64,000 bases of DNA from a virus (lineage: Duplodnaviria > Caudoviricetes): the IMG/VR virus record IMGVR_UViG_3300037400_003033, positions 747 through 64,746 of that record; one strand, given 5' to 3'. A program made the position numbers and the translations under genes. The notes beneath the pieces were generated by a model. It made no database searches, was not told the DNA's origin, and saw only the letters and a program-made list of their open reading frames with translations. Positions 23,834 through 33,025 of the stretch are shown here, in pieces; position 1 is the stretch's first letter, and each line of letters opens with the position of its first letter.

Positions 23834-24292
23834 ATGAACTTAGACGAACTATTAGATGAAAAAGAAGCTGAGGTTTTAGACGAGGCTATACATATAAAAG
23901 CATCAGATTATGAAAGACATTGGGTTGAAATGTCAAAAGAAGAGGCCGCTGCTTACAACAAGGAACACGGAACTCATATTCATGGATATTGGGAATATCC
24001 TCACAGAGTAGCTGCGGGCTTAAAGTTCGGAGATAATAGAATTTCACATCACAAGAATAAAGACAAACACGATAACAGAAAAGAAAACGTAGTTGCTCTA
24101 AGTAGAGCAGAACACTGCCGCGTAGAACCAAATGCAAGAAAGCATTTTAAATGTTCTGTACCAGGTTGCGGTAATGAACATTATGCTCACAAACTATGTT
24201 TCAAACATTATATGCAGAAATACAGAAAACACGATTTCGGAAATTATAACAAGGATAAGAATAAATCCAAGGATGAACGTAAGGATAAATAG
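23834..24292 (+). CDS. HNH-motif protein with C-terminal zinc finger
   Basis: SHHKNKDKHDNRKENV..EH; CSVPGC..HKLCFKHY. Confidence 0.75.
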   Translation: MNLDELLDEKEAEVLDEAIHIKASDYERHWVEMSKEEAAAYNKEHGTHIHGYWEYPHRVAAGLKFGDNRISHHKNKDKHDNRKENVVALSRAEHCRVEPNARKHFKCSVPGCGNEHYAHKLCFKHYMQKYRKHDFGNYNKDKNKSKDERKDK

Positions 24293-24352
24293 TTTACAAA
24301 AAATCATTTTCGTGGTATAATTTCCTAAGAAGTAAAAAGAAGGAAGGAAATT

Positions 24353-25351
24353 ATGAATCCAGATGATTTTAGAGATGCGCTACAGAACTTTGCATGGAAT
24401 AATGCTTACAGTCTTTCTAGCAATTGGTATGATAGCGATGACTGTTATAGTACAGTAAGTAGACATTACAATTATAACCCTTATGATCTTCTTAGACCAT
24501 CACGCGACATTCAGTTTATACCTGCAAAATTTAGTCTTAAAGTAAGAGTTAATCCAACTTGTGAAAATGAAACTTTCTATTTTGAAAGACCTAACTGCGA
24601 TAACAAAGTAGACGTAGAAAAAATAAATCCTAAACTTATGAACGAAAACGGTAAGGAGATTTCCTACGCAGCTTCATTCTCAGAGGCTGAACATAATGTA
24701 ATGTATAACGATACAGAAATAGATAATAAAAAAGATATTTACAATATCGAAGAAATTACTATTGGCATTTGGGATTATACTTTAGATATTTCTTTTGAAG
24801 AATATAAAAAGATTAGAGAAGACACAGAGGTTGCTACTAATTATTTTTTGAAAGCAAAAAAACAGTTTGAAAAAAACTTCAAATCTGTATTGTGTGAGAA
24901 ACTTCTTAAAGAGAAAAAAATTGCTCCAAAAATTTTCAAAGATTATATTAACAAAGCAATCAGCGATATTGAAGTAAACGTTAGTATTGAATTACAGTCA
25001 GACAGTTTCTATAAGAACGAACATGATAGTAATCACAAGATTGGTGTTTGGGATTTATATGGAAAGCAGGAATATACAGAACTTGTAGATCCATTTGCTG
25101 AAATAGACAAATACACAGAAAATGTTAATATTGCTGAAAAATTATCAACAGAAATATTCTACCTTATTGAAGAAATGGGTGACAAGTACAAAGATAATGT
25201 TGAAGATTATCACGAATGTATTAGAAGCCTTTTGATGGAATTGGGCAGACATGATGTTGCTAAAATTTATGGTGAGCGCGTTGACGAGGCTTTTAGGGAC
25301 AGACAAATGGAAAAGCTTCGCACAATGAGACAGCGCGAAGCTGCAGAGTAG
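24353..25351 (+). CDS. Hypothetical protein
   Basis: Promoter TTTACA 24293-TATAAT 24316; 332-aa ORF. Confidence 0.8.
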   Translation: MNPDDFRDALQNFAWNNAYSLSSNWYDSDDCYSTVSRHYNYNPYDLLRPSRDIQFIPAKFSLKVRVNPTCENETFYFERPNCDNKVDVEKINPKLMNENGKEISYAASFSEAEHNVMYNDTEIDNKKDIYNIEEITIGIWDYTLDISFEEYKKIREDTEVATNYFLKAKKQFEKNFKSVLCEKLLKEKKIAPKIFKDYINKAISDIEVNVSIELQSDSFYKNEHDSNHKIGVWDLYGKQEYTELVDPFAEIDKYTENVNIAEKLSTEIFYLIEEMGDKYKDNVEDYHECIRSLLMELGRHDVAKIYGERVDEAFRDRQMEKLRTMRQREAAE

Positions 25352-25360
25352 GAGGTGTTT

Positions 25361-25960
25361 ATGACTCTTTATGATTTTATGCAGCACCAAGACCATGTAA
25401 GCGAAGACACTAGTGATACTATATATGATTGCATCGTAACCGTTGAATGGGATTGGGCTGATGCTTATGATGTTAAACCTGGCGATTTTTATGCCGAGTT
25501 TGTTAAAACAATTTACAAATGTGTTGAATTTGAAAAAGTAAACGCAGGTGGTGTTTGGATTGTAAATTGGAGTGGCTTTGTAGAAACTTATTCAGACATC
25601 TTCAGAAGATTCTATGAAGAATATGGTTTTGAAATGCCCGAAGAAGATGATTTCGTTTATGACACAATTCAGTATATTCATTATTGGATTAGTGGACAGA
25701 TAAATCTCAGTATGGCAACTTGGCTTATTAGAGAACTTCAAAATGTTGGAGCTGATAAAAAAGTTGATCCAGTCCTTAGAGCAACAACAAGCCTTGTCAA
25801 GGCTGTGGGTGAACTTCTTAACGAAGACCCAGATTCTCAAGAAAAAGTAAGAGAGGCAGTTGGTACATTAGCGGAAGAACTTACTAAAGCAGGCAAGACA
25901 GAACTTGCCGAATACTGTTTGGCTCAAACAAACATGTGCGCCACTTTCGTACCAATGTAA
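25361..25960 (+). CDS. Hypothetical protein
   Basis: AGGAGGT RBS before ATG 25361. Confidence 0.8.
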   Translation: MTLYDFMQHQDHVSEDTSDTIYDCIVTVEWDWADAYDVKPGDFYAEFVKTIYKCVEFEKVNAGGVWIVNWSGFVETYSDIFRRFYEEYGFEMPEEDDFVYDTIQYIHYWISGQINLSMATWLIRELQNVGADKKVDPVLRATTSLVKAVGELLNEDPDSQEKVREAVGTLAEELTKAGKTELAEYCLAQTNMCATFVPM

Positions 25961-25965
25961 TAAAC

Positions 25966-26367
25966 ATGATAAGCATAACAGTTCCTTGGAATGAAGATGA
26001 AAAGGTAGAAGTAGAAGTAACTATAAAAAGCAAAGAGCTTGCAGAAGCTCTTTGCACTAGTTCAGGCGACTCTTTTACTGATGAAAGTTTTACAGACCCA
26101 TTAGCAAACTTAACAGACGAAGAAATTTGTATTTATACACGCGATTATGGTAATCCTGGCGGACTTGGCATTTATATATTAATAGAAAGAGCAGTAGCAG
26201 ATCAACTTGAACCTTTATGGGAAACTTTAGGAATTGAAGGTTATCAGAGCGTAAGAGAATCTGTATTTGATATGATGGAAGAAGGTTGGTTCCCACTCTT
26301 TAATGTAAAAATAGGAAACGAAAAATACACATTCTCATTTAGACATAGGCTGTTAAAACACCTATAA
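25966..26367 (+). CDS. Hypothetical protein
   Basis: Probable start 25966 (track 25936). Confidence 0.7.
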   Translation: MISITVPWNEDEKVEVEVTIKSKELAEALCTSSGDSFTDESFTDPLANLTDEEICIYTRDYGNPGGLGIYILIERAVADQLEPLWETLGIEGYQSVRESVFDMMEEGWFPLFNVKIGNEKYTFSFRHRLLKHL

Positions 26368-26416
26368 TTTACAAAAAATCATTTTCATGGTATAATTTTC
26401 TCAAGAGGTAAAACTT

Positions 26417-27004
26417 ATGACAGACAAAGAAGTTTTTATGCATTTGGCTGAAGTTATGGATTTCAATGCTCTGCCAGATGAAGAAAAATATTTAATTTGC
26501 GATTATCTACATTATAATCTTACTTATTGCATGGATTTTGAAGATAGAGATAAAGAAAAGAGAGAAAAAAAATATAATTATCATTGGAATGGTTTTGAAG
26601 ATTCTAGATATAGCGGTGAAGTTTCTGGACCTTGGGGATTTGAAGCAACTGGTGTTGCACCAGACCTTCAAAAATTTGCCTTCCACACTGGATATTCGAA
26701 TATATTTGATCAATCTACAGTGAAAATTTTGGAAGTAAAACAAGGCTATGGAATACTTCTTGAAGAAGATTTAGTTCTTAATGATAATTTTTTTAAATTT
26801 AAGTTTTGGGACTGTAACGAAGAAACCATAGATTTTAGCGAACTTGGAAATTTTGAATGTGAAATTGGCTCTGATCGTCTTATGTTTTTACAAAATAAAG
26901 CAACAGTTTTAAGAGCAACAATTGAAAAACTTCAAGAAGAATTAAAAACAGTTGAAGATGATATAAACCACTTTACTGTAGAAACTTTTGCGGAGGCAGT
27001 ATGA
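26417..27004 (+). CDS. Hypothetical protein with C-terminal coiled coil
   Basis: Promoter TTTACA 26368-TATAAT 26391; GAGGT RBS. Confidence 0.8.
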   Translation: MTDKEVFMHLAEVMDFNALPDEEKYLICDYLHYNLTYCMDFEDRDKEKREKKYNYHWNGFEDSRYSGEVSGPWGFEATGVAPDLQKFAFHTGYSNIFDQSTVKILEVKQGYGILLEEDLVLNDNFFKFKFWDCNEETIDFSELGNFECEIGSDRLMFLQNKATVLRATIEKLQEELKTVEDDINHFTVETFAEAV

Positions 27005-27273
27005 AACTCAGAAAGGAATTAAATGACAAATTAGTTGAAGCCATAGAGAAACCAAATGGCTCTTATTATAAAGGTCGTATGACTCTTGAAGAGCGTAAAG
27101 AAATCGAAACTCGTGGCTTTGAAATTAAATCTATGTCCATCTATATGGATGGCAGCGGAGAAGATTGGATTAGGTACAAAGGTAGAACCTACGCGATTCA
27201 CGCCGCAAGGAATTGGGAAAAACTTGAAAAGGACGGTGTTAACTATGGTGGAAAGAGTTCAAGATGTTCTTGA
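27001..27273 (+). CDS. Hypothetical protein
   Basis: GGAGG RBS; ATGA overlap. Confidence 0.7.
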   Translation: MKLRKELNDKLVEAIEKPNGSYYKGRMTLEERKEIETRGFEIKSMSIYMDGSGEDWIRYKGRTYAIHAARNWEKLEKDGVNYGGKSSRCS

Positions 27274-27772
27274 TAAACTAGCAAGAACTAATGATTATAA
27301 AGCACTTGATATAACTGAAATTGGTTTACTCACTCGCTTTCTTCATGACAGTGCAGTGGAGAAAAGGAAGGGGGTAGAAGAGCACGAAGATTATCATGAC
27401 TATGACGACTATTTAGTTGGTGATGAACAAATGCAAATCGAAAGTACTTTAATAAAAGAAGATAATCTTCATGATTATTATAACGAAGTAGTTATAAATT
27501 ATAATCATAATATATTTACTTTTTGCTTTTGGGAATCGCATAGCATACCCCGTAATTTTGATTTTAACACACTTATTGATTTTAAGTGGAAAGTTGAAAT
27601 AAATAATACAAACACATTAATTTTTAATATGATTAAAGAACTTGATGAAGTTAATGAACAAATATCAGCTCTCTTAAAGAGAAGGGCTGAATTAACAGAT
27701 AACATTAACGGTTATAGTAATTCACTAAACAATATATTTGTTGATTCATTTTCGGAGGAAAAGAATGGCTGA
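27245..27772 (+). CDS. Hypothetical protein with C-terminal coiled coil
   Basis: Probable start 27245 (track 27086); architecture like 26417-27004. Confidence 0.7.
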   Translation: MVERVQDVLDKLARTNDYKALDITEIGLLTRFLHDSAVEKRKGVEEHEDYHDYDDYLVGDEQMQIESTLIKEDNLHDYYNEVVINYNHNIFTFCFWESHSIPRNFDFNTLIDFKWKVEINNTNTLIFNMIKELDEVNEQISALLKRRAELTDNINGYSNSLNNIFVDSFSEEKNG

Positions 27773-28112
27773 AGTAACATCATTTAGTGATGAACCTGAA
27801 GAACTCACTTGGGAAGAAGTTGAAAATTCTTTTGACACTTGGATAGACGACATAGATCCCGATATTAAGGAAGGTCCAGGAGCAACTGGCTATTCTTATA
27901 GTCAAATGCTTAGGGCTTTCAAAGCAGGTTATAAACTTATGAAGTATGGCGCTGCTATTTGGAAAGACGAAGATGAAGAAAAAGAGCCTAACGATGAAGA
28001 TAGCAAGTTTACAGAAGTAATGTCCAGTCCAGATCTTGAAACAACCATTGAAAGTCTTAAACAGTTACTCCGCCTTGGTGGTGGTGGGAACTTCCTTTCA
28101 GGGCTCAATTAA
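27765..28112 (+). CDS. Hypothetical acidic protein
   Basis: GGAGG RBS before ATG 27765. Confidence 0.75.
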   Translation: MAEVTSFSDEPEELTWEEVENSFDTWIDDIDPDIKEGPGATGYSYSQMLRAFKAGYKLMKYGAAIWKDEDEEKEPNDEDSKFTEVMSSPDLETTIESLKQLLRLGGGGNFLSGLN

Positions 28113-28168
28113 GTCACCAAGATTTACAAAAATTTAAAAATATGGTATAATATTATCAGAAGGAAAAA

Positions 28169-29491
28169 ATGATAACAGAAGAAATTTCCGAAATGCTCGG
28201 ATATGATTACAGCACTTTAAATGATTACTCAAATAATTGGAAACCAGTCGATGAACTCGCCTGGTTAAATCAGTTTCAAGACAGACGTTTTATTCGTGAA
28301 ATAAAAGACGAAGAACGCGAGTATTTTGATAGGGGTTGGCATGAACTAAGAGAAGCCAAACCTGACCTGCAAATCTCTTATAGAGATTTTGTTGATAACA
28401 AGATTGAAGTTGATGGGCAGCGAAGAAAGTTATTTAAATACATCAATGATAAGGAATTATCAGAGCTTGTTGGAAAGTATAAACTACCAAAGACAAAACT
28501 GTATTTGGTTATTTCCACAAACTTTGATGATTTCCTAATGTGTTCAACAAAGAACCCTTGGACTGCTTGTACTGATTTAACAAATGGTGATTTCAGATTT
28601 ACAACAGTCGGCAATATTTTTACTAAAGGTAGGTTTATTGCTTATGTAACAGATTTGGAAAAGAAAGAATTTAAAGGACTTGAAAGTTATAAAATGTTCT
28701 ATCGCTGCTTTGGTTTTGTAAACAAAGACGGTGAAATGGTTGGAAACATTTGGTATCCAATTAAAACTTATATGGCTTTTCAAGACGAACATTTTAAATG
28801 TGTAAGAGATGTAAAGAATAAAGATGCCAAGTATGGATTTGACAAAGTTTACAACAAAGCAGATTTCTTTGTTTATCCTTATTTGGATTATTCAATTCTT
28901 GATACAGATACAGATAAGTATTACTTCTCAGATGATTATCTGAGATTCCACCCGATTGTTCAGTACAGCAATGGAGATGTGGTTGCTTATTCTGATAAAA
29001 TAAAATTCGAAGGCGATTGCCTATTTAATATGCTTTGGAGAAATTGTGATGTATGTGGAACTGTTAGAGGCAATATTCAAACTGTTGGCGATCACAATTA
29101 TTGTCCTGATTGTTATGACAAAGCACAAATAGAATGTAGTAATTGTGGAAAAGAAACTTTATTAAAAGAAGCACATTTCACAGAAGACAATACCTGGATA
29201 TGTACCGATTGTATTGAAAAACTTTATGGAAGAAAAGATGTTAAAACTTGTTCTTGTGGAACTCTCATAAGAATGAAGAAAAAAGACCATTGTAAATATT
29301 GTCGTTCTGAAAAGACAGATGCCTTTAAGAATGATGAGTTTGGTTATTTCAAAAATGGAAATTATAATAACCTTTATACTTATTGGCGGCACGCATATGT
29401 TCCCGATAGTAGAGGTAATTGCATACCGCCGCATCTTAGATATGATGATGACGTATTCTCAGAAACAGAAAAATATTTATGGCATGATTAG
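28169..29491 (+). CDS. Hypothetical protein with tandem CxxC zinc ribbons
   Basis: CDVC, CPDC, CSNC, CTDC, CSC, CKYC; promoter TTTACA 28123-TATAAT 28146. Confidence 0.8.
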   Translation: MITEEISEMLGYDYSTLNDYSNNWKPVDELAWLNQFQDRRFIREIKDEEREYFDRGWHELREAKPDLQISYRDFVDNKIEVDGQRRKLFKYINDKELSELVGKYKLPKTKLYLVISTNFDDFLMCSTKNPWTACTDLTNGDFRFTTVGNIFTKGRFIAYVTDLEKKEFKGLESYKMFYRCFGFVNKDGEMVGNIWYPIKTYMAFQDEHFKCVRDVKNKDAKYGFDKVYNKADFFVYPYLDYSILDTDTDKYYFSDDYLRFHPIVQYSNGDVVAYSDKIKFEGDCLFNMLWRNCDVCGTVRGNIQTVGDHNYCPDCYDKAQIECSNCGKETLLKEAHFTEDNTWICTDCIEKLYGRKDVKTCSCGTLIRMKKKDHCKYCRSEKTDAFKNDEFGYFKNGNYNNLYTYWRHAYVPDSRGNCIPPHLRYDDDVFSETEKYLWHD

Positions 29492-29500
29492 GAGGAAATT

Positions 29501-29851
29501 ATGGATAAGTTTTATTTGGTAAAGTCTAATCCAAACTGGGCAGATGAAATTGATTTTGAAGGATTTGATCTTTTTAGCGAAGATGAATATCAGAACGAAT
29601 TGGCAAAATTTAAAAAACTTTCAGACGACGGTAGATCTTGCAGTGGCTATTGTGGCTCAAACGAAGAATATGAAGTTAGTGCAAGCCAAGTATTAGGAGA
29701 TCTTGAAAGAGCCAAAGTAATTGATATTGATGAACACGCTTTTCTTTTTGAAAACTTTGGAAGTCATTATGGTACAACTCATTATAGTTGGTGGGACGAC
29801 TTAGATTACGACGAAGATGAAGATTATGATGAGGACGAAGACGAGGAATAA
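29501..29851 (+). CDS. Hypothetical acidic protein
   Basis: AGGAGG RBS; D/E tail. Confidence 0.8.
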   Translation: MDKFYLVKSNPNWADEIDFEGFDLFSEDEYQNELAKFKKLSDDGRSCSGYCGSNEEYEVSASQVLGDLERAKVIDIDEHAFLFENFGSHYGTTHYSWWDDLDYDEDEDYDEDEDEE

Positions 29852-29867
29852 TTATTAAGGAGTTCTT

Positions 29868-30377
29868 ATGGGTGCAAGAAATATGAAAGCAATAAACAGA
29901 TTTCTACCAAAAGGTAAAAGAGAATTCTCCACATTTGATGAACACATTAACTATTTAACTAAACAGATAGATGATAACGAAGAATGTATCAAAGAATGTA
30001 ATGAAGAAATTAAAGAATGGCTAAAGGAAATCGAAGAAGTAAAAGCAGCAAAGAAAGCAGCTGAAGAAAACCCATTAGAGCATGTACCAACAATTTGGCT
30101 TGGTGGTTGGGCAGATACAGATGCAAAGAAGCAAGAAGTTTATGAATGGTGTCAGGCACACGAAATAAAATATCACCCTGAAGTGATTGGAAACTTCTAT
30201 GAAGAAAACCGTAAAATGCCTAATCATAAAAAACCTAATTATGATTTCATAACAGCGTCTTCTAGCACTTCTAGTATTAGATATGTAAGATGTGTTGATT
30301 GTTATGAAAAGTGGATAATGGCTGGTAAGCCATCACTTAAAGACCCAGATGCTTTTGAAAGATATTTAAAAAATTAA
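29868..30377 (+). CDS. Hypothetical protein with N-terminal coiled coil
   Basis: AAGGAG RBS. Confidence 0.8.
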   Translation: MGARNMKAINRFLPKGKREFSTFDEHINYLTKQIDDNEECIKECNEEIKEWLKEIEEVKAAKKAAEENPLEHVPTIWLGGWADTDAKKQEVYEWCQAHEIKYHPEVIGNFYEENRKMPNHKKPNYDFITASSSTSSIRYVRCVDCYEKWIMAGKPSLKDPDAFERYLKN

Positions 30378-30385
30378 AAATAATG

Positions 30386-30414
30386 AAGCCCTGCTTTTAG
30401 CAGGGCTTTTTTTT
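30386..30414 (+). terminator. Intrinsic terminator at the +/- strand convergence
   Basis: AAGCCCTGCT-ttt-AGCAGGGCTT plus T run. Confidence 0.9.
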
Positions 30415-30491
30415 GTGCGTTGCGTTGTTGGAAACATTACAGCACTTCTCCGACAAACTCTCGCTTTTAAAAAAAAAGGAGGTTCTTCGAT

Positions 30492-30905
30492 TTAGTTTCT
30501 CATCGCATTAGCGTTCCAATCGCCAATTGTATAAGGTTTTTCTCTTCTCAATGTTGAATCATCTTCTTTATAGCCGTCAGAAACTCCAGTAGTGTTGTAC
30601 TTAGGTCCTTCGCCATCAGATCTTGCACCGCCATTATAAACCATTTTACTTGAATCAGTTGTGTTTCCGATAGCAGTAGCAGTTCTACCATTAAGGATTG
30701 GAGTAACTCCTGGGTCTTTATCTTGACGATATTTTGAAGCGTCTACATTACTTCTGTAAATATAAGCATTTTCGCCATTGCCAGTTTGTTTAAGAACGTC
30801 GTCTGAAACTTGCTGAAGACTACCATTTACACGAGTAAATGTGTGATTATATTCGAAACTGTCTGATGCATCAACTACGCCATTATTATTTAAAGTCTTT
30901 GCCAT
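30492..30905 (-). CDS. Hypothetical protein, likely virion-associated
   Basis: AGGAG RBS; G/N/D/T-rich; last gene of late block. Confidence 0.75.
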   Translation of the reverse strand: MAKTLNNNGVVDASDSFEYNHTFTRVNGSLQQVSDDVLKQTGNGENAYIYRSNVDASKYRQDKDPGVTPILNGRTATAIGNTTDSSKMVYNGGARSDGEGPKYNTTGVSDGYKEDDSTLRREKPYTIGDWNANAMRN

Positions 30906-30950
30906 TATTTTCTCCTATAAATAATTTAATAGGGCCGAAGCCCTATTTTA

Positions 30951-32072
30951 TTATTTTCCTGTTAAAGCTTCTTTAACACCTTTTCCAATAAGTCTAAACT
31001 CTTCGTCAGCACCTTTGTAAGTGTCTTTAACACCAGATATAAAAGCTTTACCTTTTTTAACACCTTTCTTGATGAATCCGCCTAAATTTTCTTCTGTATA
31101 GCGACGTCTTTGTTCTGCATCTGACCAGCCCTTAAGGTGAGCATCGATATCTGCTTTTGTACCTTTCCAGTCAGTAGCCTTAAATTTTTCTCCAGATATA
31201 ACACTGTTTATAAAGCTCTTGTTGTTTTCTCCAATATCTCCCAAAGCAGAGAAACCATCTTTTGCTCTTCCAGCTTTAAATGCTTCAATTGCTTTAGAAA
31301 TCTTAGCGATAGCTCCGCCATCTGGGTTATCATTTGCAATAACTGTTGTTCCTACTGCACCGAGTAAGATTACTCCAGAAATTAATGTAAATACAAGATT
31401 CTTAAGTCCTCTTGCACCTTTTCCAAGAGTTTTCAACTCTTTAGAATACTGTTTACAAATCTGTTTATATTCTCTTTTTGCAGAAGCGTCTCCGCCCTTA
31501 TATCTTGTTTCACATTTAAAGAGTTTATTAGAGGCTTCTTTAAGCGCAGATGCTGATTTCTTAGAAAGTGCAGCTTCCTGCTTCATTCCTTTCTTAAAAT
31601 ATTTAGCAGCTTCTTTTTCTGCTCTCTTAGAAAGTTTAGCAAGATATTTAGATGCAGAATTGTTCTTGATGTCTTCACAAAGAACCATTTCTTCTTCTGT
31701 AAGAAGTGATATTCCGTAGTTATCTCTAGAATAACGAATTGCTGATTCTCTTAAAGAATTTCCTTTCTTGCATTCACAAGGTTTCTTACCACAGTCTGGG
31801 CATTTGTCATCGTCTTCTTCATCGTCGTCATCAGAATCGTCCTCGTCGTCTTCATCGTCATCTTCGTCGTCGTCTTCTGTATCTGCAGATGCTTCACCAC
31901 CAGTGCAACCAGTCTTGCTTGTTCTTACTGAAGCCTGAGCCTCTTCGTCGTCCTCATCTTCGTCATCATCAGAATCTTCTTCATCTTCGTCCTGATCTTC
32001 TGCTCTTTCTTCATCCTGATCCTTTGCTTTTTCAGCTTCAAGCATCATTTTAACATAATTTTTAAAATCCAT
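30951..32072 (-). CDS. Putative internal head / scaffold-like protein
   Basis: MDFKNYVKMMLE start, poly-D/E tract, CPDCGKKPCEC, LRE/LTE/LCE motifs, hydrophobic helix. Confidence 0.6.
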   Translation of the reverse strand: MDFKNYVKMMLEAEKAKDQDEERAEDQDEDEEDSDDDEDEDDEEAQASVRTSKTGCTGGEASADTEDDDEDDDEDDEDDSDDDDEEDDDKCPDCGKKPCECKKGNSLRESAIRYSRDNYGISLLTEEEMVLCEDIKNNSASKYLAKLSKRAEKEAAKYFKKGMKQEAALSKKSASALKEASNKLFKCETRYKGGDASAKREYKQICKQYSKELKTLGKGARGLKNLVFTLISGVILLGAVGTTVIANDNPDGGAIAKISKAIEAFKAGRAKDGFSALGDIGENNKSFINSVISGEKFKATDWKGTKADIDAHLKGWSDAEQRRRYTEENLGGFIKKGVKKGKAFISGVKDTYKGADEEFRLIGKGVKEALTGK

Positions 32073-32182
32073 TTGTATCTCCTTTCGAGTTGTCGGATTA
32101 GACTTAATTGCTTCTCTAATATAAAGGCGAAAGGCCGCTTAAATATTAAATTACGCAAAGGGCGCACTCCACACCTATATAA

Positions 32183-33016
32183 TTAACTTATTTTAGTCTT
32201 AGGTAAAGCATATTGATTTCTTGCTACTATTTTTCTATAATCGTTTGGAAGGTTTGCTAATGCGTTGTCCATTACATTACACTTACATGTCCAAGAGATG
32301 TAATCATTCATTATCAAGCCAGTAGGATAAACATTGTTTACTTGATAGAGTTTGTATTTATCTGTTAGGATAATATCACCTTCAAGGATTACATCTCCAC
32401 AGTTCTGATAAACTCTATCCAGCACTTCTATTTTTTCTTTTCTGTTTGGGTAGAGTTTTACATTAACAGCATTTATGTTTTTTGCCTCTTCCATATCACC
32501 TTCATAACTTAATTCAAGGACAGAAGATTTTTTATTGGCGTCATTTATAAATGCTGCTATTGATTTATACTTTGTTAAATCTAAATCAAGTAAATTTACA
32601 AAGTTTTTGCTTGTTAAACAAAATCTATTATTTTCTGTTTTAAGATGTAGTATTTCTTCAGTGGTATTTTTTACTATTAATGTTCCCGCTTTCTTATCCT
32701 TTAAATCTCTAATTGCACAAACCATTCTAGCAAAATTAAATTCAAAGTTCATTGTGTCTTCTGTCTGTACAAAATTATTAAGGTTTATATTATTAGTCCA
32801 CTCGTTTGTATTATACAATGCTCTCTGTTCAAAATGTGGTAAATAAATTCTCCCATTAATTGCTTCATTATAGATTTCAGACTTTTCAGTTTTCTCTCTA
32901 TCAAGCATAAAGATATAACACTTTCTTCCCTGAAGTTCAACAGCAGCGTCGTGCTGCTTTGACTCGTACTCTAACTGAGAAGAAGACTGAAATGCATCTA
33001 CATAATTAAAAGCCAT
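32183..33016 (-). CDS. Neck / head-closure protein (T4 gp14-like)
   Basis: N-terminal E..GRKCYIF..D...IYNE pattern; adjacent to gp13-like gene. Confidence 0.55.
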   Translation of the reverse strand: MAFNYVDAFQSSSQLEYESKQHDAAVELQGRKCYIFMLDREKTEKSEIYNEAINGRIYLPHFEQRALYNTNEWTNNINLNNFVQTEDTMNFEFNFARMVCAIRDLKDKKAGTLIVKNTTEEILHLKTENNRFCLTSKNFVNLLDLDLTKYKSIAAFINDANKKSSVLELSYEGDMEEAKNINAVNVKLYPNRKEKIEVLDRVYQNCGDVILEGDIILTDKYKLYQVNNVYPTGLIMNDYISWTCKCNVMDNALANLPNDYRKIVARNQYALPKTKIS

Positions 33017-33025
33017 TTTTACTCC

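Noticed and set aside
28169-28200. MITEE start resembling the cargo MITE N-termini
   Set aside because: Gene has an early sigma70 promoter, no late motif and no tag; treated as chance similarity.
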